From contig NW_027361697.1 of the NCBI RefSeq assembly GCF_039654945.1, forward strand, positions 2,604,001 through 2,668,000: a stretch of DNA of 64,000 nucleotides, given 5' to 3'. This DNA comes from Dendrobates tinctorius. Taxonomy: Eukaryota. Below the pieces are notes generated by a model. The model ran no database searches, had not been told where the DNA came from, and saw only the letters and a list, made by a program, of their open reading frames with translations. Below are positions 13,280 to 26,689 of this stretch, piece by piece. Position 1 is the first letter of the stretch, and every line of letters starts with the position of its first letter. A program made the position numbers and the translations under genes.

Positions 13280-14138
13280 TTATGCTGCTCCAAAACTTAA
13301 AAATGCATTAAAAAAGGAGCGTGGTTTGTCTTAAAAGAAAAAAATATATATATTTATATTGTAGCCATTTTTATCGATGATTTTTCAAGTATGTGGATCC
13401 TTGATATGCGTTGCGAGCTTGCATATTTTTTCCAAAATATCAGGTAATACCTCATGTGTTTTATACATTGTTTTTCATCATTTTATTACACAATTATCTA
13501 TTTTATGCAGGATGTTGCCTGGCCCTTTAGTGTTGGTTGGGTGAATTGGGGTGTCTGTCCTTGTGGGGGTGCACTTATATGGTGCTTGGTACCTCACCTG
13601 AAGTAAAAGTTAAAGGGTCATCAATAAATTGTAAACCAGACACTGATCATCACATGTACCTGTGTGACTTGCATCCTATGCAAGTCTCATCTTTGCATTT
13701 ATAAGACTAGGCAACTGCTGGCTCCATGAATTGGTAATTTTGTGTGTAGTTGTTTCATCAACCTTTATCATGGTGGTCTTTGGCATCCTATAGCACATTG
13801 GTAATCTGACTGGGTGTTTGTAAGGCTGTTTCTTTTTCTGTGAGGTTTTTTGAATTCATGCCCTTCTTCTGTGAGTTGCCAAAACTTAAAAATGCAGAGA
13901 AAAGGGGTCATGATTAGTGTTGAGCTTTCCGATACCGCAAGTATCGGGTATCGGCCCATATTTGCCGTATCGGAATTCCGATACCGAGTACCGATACTTT
14001 TTTCGTATCGGATACCGGAATCGGAAGTCCAAAATGCAATGAGCCACTTTTGTGGCTCTGATTGGCTGCCGAAATGACGTCATCATGATGCGCTGTCTGT
14101 GCGCATCATGATGCGCCGTCAGTTCGGGCCTTCGGGGG

Positions 14139-14492
14139 GGCTGTGCCGACTGTCCGGGGGTCTGTGCCGGCCTGCCGGTGGTCTGTGCAGGCTCCAGGGG
14201 TCTGTGCCGGCCTGCCGGGGGGCTGTGCCGGCCTGCCGGTGGTCTGTGCAGGCTCCGGGGGTCTGTGCCGGCCTGCCGGGGGGGCTGTGCCGGCCTGCCG
14301 GTGGTCTGTGCAGGCTCCGGGGGGCTGTGCCGGCCTGCCGGGGGGCTGTGCCAGCCTGCCGGTGGTCTGTGCAGGCTCCGGTGGTCTGTGCCGGCCTGCC
14401 GGGGGGCTGTGCCAGCCTGCCGGTGGTCTGTGCAGGCTCCGGGGGGCTGTGCCGGCCTGCCGGTGGTCTGTGCAGGCTCCGGGGGTCTGTGC
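14139..14492. repeat. GC-rich minisatellite (left arm); inverted counterpart at ~16274-16552
   Basis: Repeated CTGTGCCGGCCTGCCGG(T/G)GG and CTGTGCAGGCTCCGG units. Confidence 0.9.
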
Positions 14493-14634
14493 AGGCATCG
14501 TCCGATGGGACTACAAGTCCCATCGGGCGATGCCTGCTACCATGACAGTGATTGACACATTAGCCAATGATGGGACAGTAGTAGTCCCATCATCCGGCTA
14601 ATGTGTTGAATGTAAAAAAAAAATAAAAAAAATT

Positions 14635-16130
14635 TACATGCTACATACATGCTACATACATGCTACATACATACAACATGCATACTACATATATAATACA
14701 TGTAACATACATACTACATGCAACATGCATACTACATACATGCTACATACTACATGGATGCTACATACATGCTACATACTACATACATGCTACATACTAC
14801 ATATATACTACATGCTACATACATGTTACATACTACATACATGCTACATACTACATACATAATACATATATACTACATGCATGCAACATACATACAACAT
14901 ATATACTACATGCATACTACATATATACTATATATACTACATGAATTTCCCACGCAGCAATGGCATAAAGTGAGACTAGGGACTTTTTTTTTTTTTAAAG
15001 TGGTGGAGGAATACAGTGCGGAAAGATACCTACCTTCCGTCATTGTATTCCTGGAGCTGGTAGAGAACGGTAGCATCAGCTGATGCTGCTGTTCTCCACG
15101 CAAGATGGACGTGGGACCCTCGTGGACTTCTGCGGATCGGGGTAAGTATATTGGTGTTTTTTTATTTTGATATTTATTCCTCAAGGGGACAATGGCTTCG
15201 GGGATCAAAGTGACAAGTGACGGTGCGTATGTACTCTATGTTATATGTACTGTATGTCTATATGTATGTATTGTATGTAGTATATATGTATGTTGCATGC
15301 ATGTAGTATATATGCAGTATATATGTAGTATGCATGTTGCATGCATGTGGTATGTAGCATGTATGTAGTATGTAGCATATATGTAGCATGTATGTTGCAT
15401 GTATGTAGCATGTAGTGTGTATGTATGTAGCATGTATGTAGTATGTATGTTGCATGTATGTAGCATGTAGTGTGTATGTTGCATGTATGTAGCATGTAGT
15501 ATATATGTAGTATGTATGTTACATGTAGTATATATAGTATATATGTAGTATGCATGTTGCATGCATGTAGTATATATGTTGTATGTATGTTGCATGCATG
15601 TAGTATATATGTATTATGTATGTAGTATGTATGTAGCATGTATGTAGTATGTATGTTGCATGTATGTAGCATGTAGTACAGTATATATGTAGTATGTATG
15701 TTACATGTAGTATATATAGTATATATGTAGTATGCATGTAGTATATATGTTGTATGTATGTTGCATGCATGTACTATATATGTATTATGTATGTAGTATG
15801 TAGCATGTATGTAGTATGTAGCATGTATGTAGCATGTAGTATATATGTAGTATGTATGTTACATGTAGTATATATAGTATATATGTAGTATGCATGTTGC
15901 ATGCATGTAGTATATATGTTGTATGTATGTTGCATGCATGTAGTATATATGTATTATGTATGTAGTATGTATGTAGCATGTATGTAGTATGTAGCATGTA
16001 TGTAGCATGCATGTAGTATGTAGCATGTATGTAGTATGCATGTTGCATGTAGTATGTATGTTACATGTAGTATATATGTAGTATGCATGTTGTATGTATG
16101 TAGCATGTATGTAGCATGTATGTAGCATGT
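14635..16130. repeat. Inverted pair of compound TACA/TGCA microsatellites (14635-14942 and 15241-16130) around a unique spacer
   Basis: (TACA/TGCA/TA) mosaic on the left, its reverse complement on the right. Confidence 0.9.
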
Positions 16131-17035
16131 AAATTTTTTTTTTTTTTTTTTTACATTCAACACATTAGCCGGATGATGGGACTACTACTGTCCCATCATT
16201 GGCTAATGTGTCAATCACTGTCATGGTAGCAGGCATCGCCCGATGGGACTTGTAGTCCCATCGGACGATGCCTGCACAGACCCCCGGAGCCTGCACAGAC
16301 CACCGGCAGGCCGGCACAGCCCCCCGAAGCCTGCACAGACCACCGGCAGGCCGGCACAGCCCCCCGGCAGGCCGGCACAGACCACCGGAGCCTGCACAGA
16401 CCACCGGCAAGCCGGCACAGCCCCCCGGCAGGCCAGCACAGACCCCCGGAGCCTGCACAGACCACCGGCAGGCCGGCACAGCCCCCCCGGCAGGCCGGCA
16501 CAGACCACCGGAGCCTGCACAGACCCCCCGGCAGGCCAGCACAGCCCCCCGAAAGGCCCGTACAGACCCCAGAGAGGCTGTACAAGGCAAAAATAGGGTT
16601 TTTCTTATTCCGATACCGGAAGTCCCATAGACTTGAATGGGACTTCCGGTATCGGAATTGGCGATACCCGATATTTTTTTAGATCGGCCGATACCATCCG
16701 ATACGATACTTTTATGTATCGGACGGTATCGCTCAACACTAGTCATGATTGGTCTTAGAAAAAACAATAATAATTCATACTGTAATCATTTTTCCCATGA
16801 ATATAAAGTCACATTTTGCTCAAAATCTGACATTAACGTGTGACAATTAACACTTTGGTCTCCTGTTGTTTTCTATCATCCATAAAAAGTTGCAATTGCA
16901 CAAAAAGTTTCCATTGATTTGTGACATTTCACAAATTGATCTCAAGTGCTTAAAGAAGCATTGGCATTGTGTACTTACAATTGTTCATTTTGCCTTTCTA
17001 CCCAGTTAATTCTTCTCTTTTTCATTATGTCTATG

Positions 17036-20000
17036 ACATAGTTACATAGTTTTGAAGGCTGAAGGAAGACCTTATGTCCATCTAGTTCAGCCTATTTTTA
17101 GTGCAGCTGTTCTGCATTGTTGATCCTGGGGAAGGCAAAAAACCCACAGAGTAGCAGCCAATTTTCTCCATAGGGAAAAAATGTCCTTCCCCTAAGCTGG
17201 GTCAACCATCTGCCTATAATATTATGTTATTTGTAACCTTCTATACTGTTACTCACAAGAAAAGCATCCATTCCTTTCTTAAATTCATTCAGTGAGTTGG
17301 CCATCACCACTTCCTCAGGAAGAGAATTCCAGAGCCTCACTGCTCTTACCATGAAGAACCCTCTTCTATGCTGGTGCAGAAATTGTCTTTCCTCCAAATG
17401 AAGAGAATGCCCCCTTGTTCTTGTCACAGTCCTTGGTACAAACAGTTCATTGGAGAGATCTCTGTATTGCCTTCTGATATACTTGTACATATATATTAGG
17501 TCTCCCCTAAGTCTTCTCTTTTATAGAGTAAATAGACCTAATTTTGATAACCTTTCTGGGTATTATAGTGAACCAACTCCATTTATCATTTTAGCAGCCC
17601 GCCTTTGAACCCTTTCAAGTTCAGTAATGTCTTTCTTGAGCACCGGCGTCCAAAATTGCTCACAATACTCCAAGTGTGGTCTGACGAGTGATTTGTACAG
17701 AGGGAGAATTATGTTTTCATCTTGTGTCCCCAGACCTCTTCTAATGTATCCCATGACCCTATTTGCTTTGGTGGCAGCTGCCTGACACTGGGCACTCCAA
17801 TTTAGCTTCTTATTGACTAAGATGCCTAAGTCTTTCTCCATGTCTGATTTCCCCAGCAGTTTCCCATTTAGTAAGTAATTGTAGCATCTGTTTCTCCTTC
17901 CCATGTGCATAACCTTACACTTATCTGTTTTAAACCTCATTTGCCATTTTTCAGCCCAATTCTCCAATTTACTCAAATCTGTCTGTAGTTGCAAACTGTC
18001 CTCCTTTGTGTTAACTACCTTACATAGTTTTGTATCATCTGCAAATACTGATATTTTACTGTGTAAGCCATCCACTAGATCATTCATAAATATATTAAAC
18101 AGTAGGGGGCCCAATACAGAACCCTGTGGTACCCCACTAGTAACCCTGGCCCAATCTGAGTATGCGCCATTAATAACCACTCTTTGTTTTCTATCACTAA
18201 GCCAGCTCCCTACCCATCTACACACATTTTCCCCTAGCCCAAGCTTTCTCATCTTACTTAACAATCTTTTATGTGGGACAGTGTCAAATGCTTTAGAGAA
18301 GTCGAGATAAATGACATCCAATGATTCTCCTTGGTCCATTTGAGAGCTTAAATCCTCATGGAAGCTGATCAGGTTAGTTTGACAGGAGCGATCCTTCATA
18401 AATCCATGGAGTTAAACATTTTTTAACATTGAGATATTCCATAATGGTATCCCTTAGAAACCCTTCAAAAATTTTACCCACAACAGATGTTAAGCTTACC
18501 GGCCTATAGTTTCCAGGTTCCCTTTTACACCCCTTTTTGAATATTGGTACCACATTTGCTTGCCGCCAATCAAAAGGAACAGACCCTATTTCTATAGAGT
18601 CTTTAAATATAAGGAATAGAGGCCTGTCTATCACATTACTTCACTACCTTAATACCAGAGGGTGAATGCCATCAGGGCCTGGTGATTTGTCAAGTTTAAT
18701 CTTACTAAGGCGGTTCTGCACTTCTTCCTGGGTTAGGCAGGTAATACTTAATGGGGAGTTTACATTATCACTCTGCGTTTCCCCTGGCAAATCCTTTTCC
18801 TGTGTGAAAACTGTTGAGAAAAAAGTATTTAAAACATTTGCTTTTCCCACATCGCTCTCTATGATTTCACCCTCATTGTTCTTTAAAGGGCCGACACCAT
18901 CAATTTTAATCATTTTACTGTTTAAATAATTAAAGAATAGTTTGGGGTTTGTTTTACTTTCCTTAGCAATGAGTCTCTCAGTTTCCACTTTTGCTAAATG
19001 TATTTGTTTTTTACACATTTTATTTTTTTCCCTATAACTTTTTAATGCTTCTTCATTGCCTTCTTGTTTTAGCTTCCTAAATGCCTTGTTCTTGTTATTT
19101 ATTGCCCTTTTTACATCCTTATTTAGCCACATTGGTGTTCTCCTGTTCCTAGCCCTTTTATTTCTGTACGGTATGGCTAGCTCGCAGTGGGTGTGTAAAA
19201 CTGATTTAAATATTTCCCATTTATTTTCTGTGCTCCTATTTTTGAGGACATTGTCCCAATCAATTCGGCGAAGGTCCTCTCTAAGCTGATCAAACTTTGC
19301 TTTCCTGAAATTCAGCGTTTTCGTAACCCCCTTCCAGGGCACCTTACTGAAGGACAAGTGGAATTGTATTACATTGTGGTCACTGTTCCCTAGGTGCCCA
19401 TCGACTCGTACTTCTGTTATTCTATCTGGCCTGTTGCTTAAAATTAAGTCCAGAAGGGCTGTCCCTCTAGTTGGATCCTGCACAAGTTGTGACAGATAAT
19501 TATCCTTGGTCACTGACAGAAATTGGTTTCCTTTCTGAGATACGCAGGTTTCAGTTTCCCAGTCTATGTCGGGGTAGTTGAACTCCCCCATAATAATCAC
19601 CTCATTGGGATTTGCTGCTTTGTCTTTTTGTTTCAATAATACATTTTCAGTGGTTTCTGTTATATTTGGTGGCTTATAACAAACCGCTATGAGGATTTTA
19701 TTACTTTTCCCTCCTTGTATCTCCACCCAAAGAGACTCCACCTCTTCATTTCCCTCTTGTATATCTTCTCTTAGTGTGGGCTTTAAAGTGGACTTTATAT
19801 AGAGACAGACTCCACCCCCTTTCCTTTTTTTACGATCCCTCCTAAACAAATCATATCCTTGCAAGTTAGCCGGCCAGTCATAGCTGTCGTCTAACCATGT
19901 CTCAGTTATTCCTACTATGTCGTATTTTTCTTCATACATTACCAACTACAGATCTTCACTCTTATTGGTCAGGCTTCTTGCGTTGGTCAGCATGCAGGAA

Positions 20001-20560
20001 AGAAGTTTTGCTTCCTTTTTCTTAGCTTCCTTCTGAGTACCCTGTCTTGGGTCCTCTGTAGCACATCTAGTATCCTTGATTAGTCTGTCCTTCTGCTGCA
20101 TGTTCTTGTCTGCTGTTTTTCCTCCCATCCCCTCTTCTTCTAGTTTAAAGCCCTCCTGATGAGTGTGGCAAATCTTCTGGCGAATGTGTGTTTCCCAGGT
20201 TTTGTGAGGTCTATCCCATCTCTTGCGAGAAGTCCATCATAGAGGTAATTCATGCCATGGTCCAAGAATCCAAATCCTGAGCTGTGCCATTTTCATTCTC
20301 CAGCATGAGGGCTTCATATTGGTTGCTAAGCTGTGTGGGTGGTGATGACCACTTGATCCGTTTGCTTCTTTTCGTCACATGGCTCCAGTTTTCAGCCTCT
20401 GCATGTGCTCTGAAGCTTTTCTCACTTTCCGTTTCCTGAATGGTTGCTTCTGCTTCATCCAAGAAGTTCTCATGTTCTTTAATTACCTTCAATGTTGCTA
20501 TTCTTTTTTCCAGTCCCTGCACCTTTTCCTCTAAGAGGGCAACAAGTTTGCACTTCATCA
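17036..20560 (-). mobile_element. CR1-clade LINE, near full length, inactivated
   Basis: 3' tail (AACTATGT)2 at 17036-17051; ORF2 with APE endonuclease and RT; ORF1 remnant upstream. Confidence 0.96.
17227..20010 (-). pseudogene. CR1 ORF2 (APE endonuclease + reverse transcriptase) with several stops and a frameshift
   Basis: NARSLTNK, IVGITETW, LGNSDHN (APE); NYRPVSLTS, YLDFSKAFD, GVPQGSVLGP, FADD (RT); C-terminal TRGH..VRLWNSLP; stops at ~19946, ~18644, ~17563; frameshift ~18410. Confidence 0.95.
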
Positions 20561-20561
20561 C
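20140..20561 (-). pseudogene. CR1 ORF1 remnant (zinc-finger/leucine-zipper region plus esterase C-terminus, internally deleted)
   Basis: KCKLVALLEEKVQGLEKRIATL coiled coil, followed after a short gap by YDGLLARDGIDLTKPGKHTFARRFATLIRRALN*. Confidence 0.7.
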
Positions 20562-20785
20562 GTGATTAATTCTTCTAAGCTCTATTTAGAAACAGGAAGT
20601 CTCTTTGCCCTGCATGAGTTATCATTAGAACTACAATTCTACATCACTGCAAAATCCCTGACTCCTGTGCTATCTACTGTATACAAAAGTGTCAACTTTC
20701 ATTGTAGCCCTATCTGTAATGATAATGAGGCCGCTGAAAAGTTTTCTGTATAGAGCAGAAAATTTGTGCTTAGTATAAATGCTAA

Positions 20786-21864
20786 TGTGGCACCCCAGAG
20801 TCCGGTTGCCATGGTGACATTGCTTCCAACTAAGGGGTGATGTCATGCCTGGAGGCAGGGGGTCCCCATGCCAAGTGACACAGTGTACATGTCAATTCCT
20901 GCTCCAGGCCAGAAAGGGGAGCTTCCTTATAAATTCTGGCCAGCAGGTGGGGTTAGTGAGTCAGAAATAAGTCAGCTGAGAGAGTAAACAGGAGAGTTGT
21001 CATGGAAATGGGAGCGAGCTGTAGCTGGTGACAGGACAGGTGGAGAGGAGAGTTGGCAGTTGGTCTGTGCAGGGGGAAGGGACAGGAGCAGAGACAAGAG
21101 CTCAGATGAATAAAAACTGCGCATAGCTGACCCCAAACCAGAGCGCTGACAAAAATGGATTCCAGAGTCCTTGGCTGGGTGGTTGGTATATGCCTTGACA
21201 GCCGAATCTGGAGGGCAGGGGTCTGCAAGCTCCCTGGCCACACCAAACATCTGAAGGCATGGCAGCAGACCAAGAGCCCAGGGCTTACAGTGAAAAGGAC
21301 AGAGCCTGTGATATAGGCTCATGTTGTCTGCCATACAGGTTAGAAACCATCACGCAGGAGAGGGCCGCAGCTTAGTCACAAGCAGCAGGGACCTGAAAAG
21401 AGAGCGCAGAAGGAAGGTTCCCAACAACACCTGGTAGGGTGGATCCCATGAATGCCTCCAGGCGAGCCGGACTCAATCCATCATCTGTAAATGGTACCCC
21501 AGACTGCATCTACTTTCAAGTAAAAGGTAAAGAAAACTGCATCTCTCTGTGTCCTTCTCTTATTCTCTGCACCCCAACATTCACCACCATCTGAACAATA
21601 AAATATATTTGCCCTGGGGCCCTGCTCTACCCGGGGGAGCTGAACCATCTTTGCTGAGTCACCATCAGTCCCAGTGGACCAAAACTGCAGCGTCGGCTAC
21701 CCTTTGCCAAACACCACAGGTGACATCACGATTAAACACCACATAACTATCCTCTATTTTATGATACGGCCAGGGCCACGGAAATGGATCATGGCCCCGT
21801 GACCTCCCCCCATAGAACTTTCCGGTCCGATTCAGGTTGCCCCACGGCCCTGGTGGGCGTGTCA
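20786..21864 (+). mobile_element. Solo LTR (~1.08 kb, Gypsy-like)
   Basis: TGTGGCACCCC ... GGGCGTGTCA termini; flanks CTAA/CTAT (4-bp TSD, one mismatch); TATAAA at ~20928 and AATAAA at ~21597. Confidence 0.7.
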
Positions 21865-22553
21865 CTATCAGCAGAGACATTGAGATGGTTTACAGGAAGT
21901 GGGAACAGGTACAGTATTTGTCTTCTAGTCTCTGGTCAATCATACAGCATTTAGGCATAACAGAAAAGCTTTTGACTTTGGCCAAACAATTCAATGGGTA
22001 ATTGTAGGTGCAATGCTTGCTGTAAGGGAAGGAAAAGGAATTTCTGCTCTTATAGTGTTGATCGAATGCCAATTAAGTACAACCATCCATTTAAAAAATA
22101 TTAGATGGCAAAATACAAAGCATGAGAATCGGGAAAGTTCCTGGACATATTTTACTGGTATGTGCACCAAATACATTGATTTCTTGTTGTGATAGATGAG
22201 GGAAGCAATACCATGCTTTTGAATTTGAATGTGTTTGTGTGAAAAGACAGCTAATGTATGGTTGCTGGTATGCATTAAATAAAAAGTGAATTGTGCACAT
22301 TATTAAGATTTAAAATCGACAAGTGATACCAGAGTAATCTCGACTGTTAGCCAAGGTCTGTTCGAGAGAGTAGAGAACTTATTTCTGCAACTACTATATT
22401 TTCATGGGGCATTCACACTTGTCAGCTGAATTCTCCAGGGCACTAGCAGACTGTTTAGGAAATATTCAATGTGTGCTTATATTAATATTAGAGAAATTCA
22501 AAAACTTACCTTTTTTATTGGAGGATATAAAAAAAAAATTCAGGTATTCTTCA

Positions 22554-23287
22554 AAAGGAATTTGTCAACCCGATCCACAGCCCAAATTGTTTGTATGGTC
22601 GTGTTGCTTTCAGAAAGCTAATGCCGTCAGAGATGTAACTAGGTGGGGGTGGACAGCCGAGGACTGTGCCCAGGGTGCAGCCGCCAGTGGGGCCCAGTCT
22701 GGTCGCCTAATGCGGCTGTCTGAAGTGTCTCCCCCAGCGGCTGCATTCTGCCACCCCCAGGACTGGGAGTCGGCAGTTCTCTGAGCCGGCTGTCAAGCTG
22801 ACAGCCGGCACAAAGAAAGTGCAGCATGCCAGCACCCAGTGTTCAATAGTACTCGCGTCTGCAATTGAAACTCTGACTGCCGGGTCAGAGCGACGCCAGC
22901 AGTGTGATCATATCATGTGATCACAATGCTGATGTCATTTGCCGGCGCTGCAAAGTTATTGATGGGTGGTAAGTGCTCCACGTTAATGAAACTGAAGACA
23001 CCGAAGAATGTAGTACACACCTTTATTGATGAAATATGTTCCTCCCTGATTGAAAAATTAATGTAATTTATATGCAAATGAGCCTTAATTGCTTGAGGTG
23101 TGTCAAAGTCTCTGCCTCTCTGACTTTATTATCGACACAGCCCCAACCTTCATCTGCTTGACCGACAGCTCAATAGCTTGACTCTACAGTCAGTGAGCAT
23201 CAGTAAAGCTGTGGATAACATTATCGTTCAGAAAGCAATATAACCATATAAACAGTTTGGGAGATGAATCAAGCTTACGGATTCCCT
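22554..23287. mobile_element. T2/Kolobok-like MITE with long degenerate TIRs
   Basis: Inverted match between ~22555-22625 and ~23215-23290; ends GATTCCCT|TTAA. Confidence 0.55.
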
Positions 23288-23317
23288 TTAAGGAATTTTG
23301 ATATTTGAAAAAATGAG

Positions 23318-24419
23318 TGTCGTGTACATGGTCGATGAGAAGACGCGGATTGTGCTGCGCTGCTGGTGGAAGTATGGGATCCAGAATCTGCGGTATAAAG
23401 TAGTACACGGTTTAATCTCAATGTGTTTCGAGATTGAACTGATCTCTTCCTCAGGAGAACCACAAGGTTCATCAAGCCCATCATATGGCCAATATTCTCC
23501 TTGGATGCAGCCCAAAGCTTGTGTAAAGGCGGAGAAGATGTCTGAACACCTTCTCTGAAGATCTTTGATGACAAAGTTAACGCGACCTGTGGTTTTATGT
23601 ATTTTATCCTTTTGTAGGCTGCAGTTTTCCTGTGTACAGTGGTGGACAGGGTTAACTGTAGGGCAAGTCCATAGTTTGGAGAGGAGTAAATGGGGGCTAG
23701 GAGTTAGCTCCTTTTTTTATGGTTAGCGTAAATAGAACTACAGAGAAGAACTGAAATCCTCAGTCGGTTCTAGCCATAACTGAGTGTATGTGAAAAGCAG
23801 ACCTGCAAGGTAACATGTTTTAACACCCAAGTAAGAGTGGTGGTAGTTCTCCTTATCACAGGCTATTTGGGGCACCTACTAAAAAAAATCTTAAGCTAGT
23901 CTCAGTGTTAGCTAGACCTGAAGGTCATTGCTAAGAAATACGGGAGCAGCCAGACGGGGGCACGTTGGTATCATTTGGCAGCTGGGAGAGCTCTCTAATA
24001 CAGTTCACAGAGTGTAGTCTGGACACAGTGGTCACACCTCAAGACTTCAATGTTGTGGCCCTGTTTTGGGAACATGGAGGCCCTCAATGTAGCTGTTGTT
24101 CGTTTGCAATGTTCTACACAAGTAATGTGCCGCCGTACAAAACAGTCAATTGTGAACCTCTGCCATGCTGTGCGGATGAAAATTTTAAACATTATTCCTG
24201 CTACTCATTGTAAATATCTTCCTGATCCAGTAAATGAGAGTTTACTTTTGTAAACCTGTCTGTCTTCTCCATTGGGGACTTAAAGGGCCTCAGTGTCGCC
24301 CAAAATGTGGTAGAACATAATCTGAAGATGCCATCAACTGACTCAGTAATACGCGCACACACCCTATATAGGCTGTTTTGGGACGCAGAAGTGAAAGTCA
24401 GCCAGTGCTGTCCGTTACA
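23318..24419. mobile_element. Possible degenerate solo LTR
   Basis: TGT...CGTTACA ends and LTR-like size; no TSD found. Confidence 0.3.
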
Positions 24420-25340
24420 CTTGCTCCATCATGAAAGTCAAAGTGACTTTTAAAGTAATAATTAAAAATGGAGAAAATGGACAATAAAGTTATGATGGAT
24501 TCAAAGACCATTACATGAGATCCTACCCTCACTGAAGGTTTTTTTTATCTGTCAGACTTCTACCTTCTATTGCCTTGACATTGCTAGTACATCTGGCTGT
24601 CTAAATAACTATCTCATGAAATAGCTGAAGACATATGATATCACAAATTTTGTATACTAGCTGATAAAAATACTTGCTCTGTGGTAAGTCATTTTAGACT
24701 CAAAAATGCTTACGGCTCGGAGTTTGAATTGATTTAAAGATTGTAAGTTTGCTGTGAACTAGAATCATCCTCTCCAGGATGTAAACTTTACCTAGGATCC
24801 AAGCCACAAGCATATGCTCGCAGGTTGGGTAAAATAATCTGTCATACAACACTCCATGAAAGTTGTTAACTTGGTGGCAGACACAAAAATATCAGACTTT
24901 TAGAAAGTCACAAGTAGCCCATTGAACTCAGTAATAAGTTTCTGTAGCAGATTTTTTTTTCTATTTATTTTTTATTCCACAAGATTGGTTATATTTTCTG
25001 TGGCCAAACAAAATATCTTAGCAAAGACACATCACCCAAAGAATAAAAAACAGTACTTGAAAATATCATTACCAGAAAATATTTCTAAATTATTGACGTT
25101 ACTAATTCACAATTTAAACTGGTTTTATTACTTCTTAGATAACATATTAGAGTTGTGACTGATCAGTTATTGTCCTTCCAAGAGTCTGGAGAGGCCTTGG
25201 TGAAAGATATGCTGCCTTCAACATCATCCAGCAAGGCTGGATTGGTGGTGTGCCAGTGATGGTCTGGGTTGGTATATCATTGAAGGCAGAAACTTCCACA
25301 TGAGGGCCAACGGTATCCTGGTTGCTTTATTGCAACCTTA

Positions 25341-25685
25341 GGCTGGTTTCACACTTGCGTTTTTTGCGCAAAAAAACGCATGCGTTTTTTTTCCTATTCT
25401 TTACATGGGTGCGCATACACATGCGTTTGTACGCGTATGTATGCGCATGCGTTTAATTGTAGTGTGTGCTCGGGCGCACAAAATGCACTCTGTTGCATTT
25501 TTTGTGCGTCCGACTTGACCCAAAAAAAACGCATGCGCACGCAATGCGTTTTCTTTCACCCAACCACCCATTACAGTCTATGGGTGCGCGTCTAAAAAAC
25601 GCACAAAAACGCATGATGCGTTTTTTATGTGCGTTTGCACTGTGCACGGTGTGCTGCGCAAAAAAACGCAAGTGTGAAAGTAGCC
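25341..25685. mobile_element. PIF/Harbinger-type MITE (palindromic, AAAACGCA-rich)
   Basis: TIR GGCTGGTTTCACACTTGCG / (rc) GGCTACTTTCACACTTGCG; flanks TTA/TAA. Confidence 0.88.
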
Positions 25686-25688
25686 TAA

Positions 25689-26084
25689 AGGGCATGTCAC
25701 ACTAAGAGATATCGCTAGCAATATCGCTATAACTTGTGACGTTATAGTGATATTACTAGCGATATCGCTGTGTCTGATACTTACCTATGACCCGCTCCCC
25801 CGCTGGTTATTGCTGATCGCACGAGAACGCCCTGGACTGTTTCTCGTCGTCAGCTTCCTGCGGCTCTTCCTGCTGTGACGACGAGCAACGCGTGGAGCCG
25901 GGCGGGAGGACGCAGGATCGCCTGGTGTGACAGGTAAGTAGCGACCCCCGACCCCTGCGATGTCGCTGGTGAGATCTGCCTGTGTGGCAGCTCACTAGCG
26001 ACCACTTAGCGATGTAGCAGCAATCCTGACCGCGTCATATCGCTGGTCGGGATCGCTGGTACATCGCTAAGTGTGACAGTACCT
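25689..26084. mobile_element. PIF/Harbinger-type MITE, same family as 411-816, opposite orientation
   Basis: TIR AGGGCATGTCACAC / (rc) AGGTACTGTCACAC; reverse-complement homology to 411-816. Confidence 0.85.
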
Positions 26085-26689
26085 TTAGAGCCAATATCCG
26101 ACTTTATGCCAGTGCAGTGAGCTTTAGATCTATCCTAGTGTAGGACATTGCTTAGCTTCATGTTGCCAAAGTGTGTAAGAAGTTGCTACTGAATGGTCTT
26201 CATAATCCCCAAATAAGAATGTAACTGAGAGCCTTTGGGACATTATTTATCAGTGAAATTGATGTAAATAAGCAGGAACATAGAATTTCTACAAGTTCAT
26301 AGATGCCCTGATCCAGGACGCCACCGTCCATCTCATCAGGAGCATGCCAAGATATTGGCGAGAGGATATATAGGCATGTGGGTGCAATACACATTAGTGT
26401 GTCACATTGAGTTACCGTGATGAAATTAATGTAAACTGGATCCACCTGTGATTTCAGTTTTTTACTTTGATTTTCTGGGTGATTTGGAATACAGCCCTCA
26501 AATGGTTGAAAACTTTGGTTTACATTGACCATTGATACAACATTTTTTTTGTTCTCATTGAATGACATTCTTATGATCAGTAAAGATTTCATTTATCCAA
26601 TGTGTGATTTATGTGTCCCCTTAATTTTTTTAATCAGTGTGTTTTGACACTTTATATTTCAGAACTTGTGCAGAAATATAATTCTACTA

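Larger units (their letters stand above)
13915..16741. mobile_element. Non-autonomous fold-back hAT element
   Basis: TIR TAGTGTTGAGC / GCTCAACACTA; perfect 8-bp TSD GTCATGAT (13907-13914, 16742-16749); clustered CCGATAC/GTATCGG subterminal motifs; long internal inverted arms. Confidence 0.95.
25195..26640 (+). mobile_element. Decayed Tc1/mariner transposon remnant, split by two MITEs
   Basis: VMVWVGIS-like coding remnant at ~25257; decayed NP..E..WD-like remnant at ~26205-26240; Tc1-type right end ...TTTTTTAATCAGTG. Confidence 0.55.

Noticed and set aside
14099-16767. Gly/Cys-rich and His/Tyr-rich ORFs
   Set aside because: Translations of mini/microsatellites that are open in most frames on both strands
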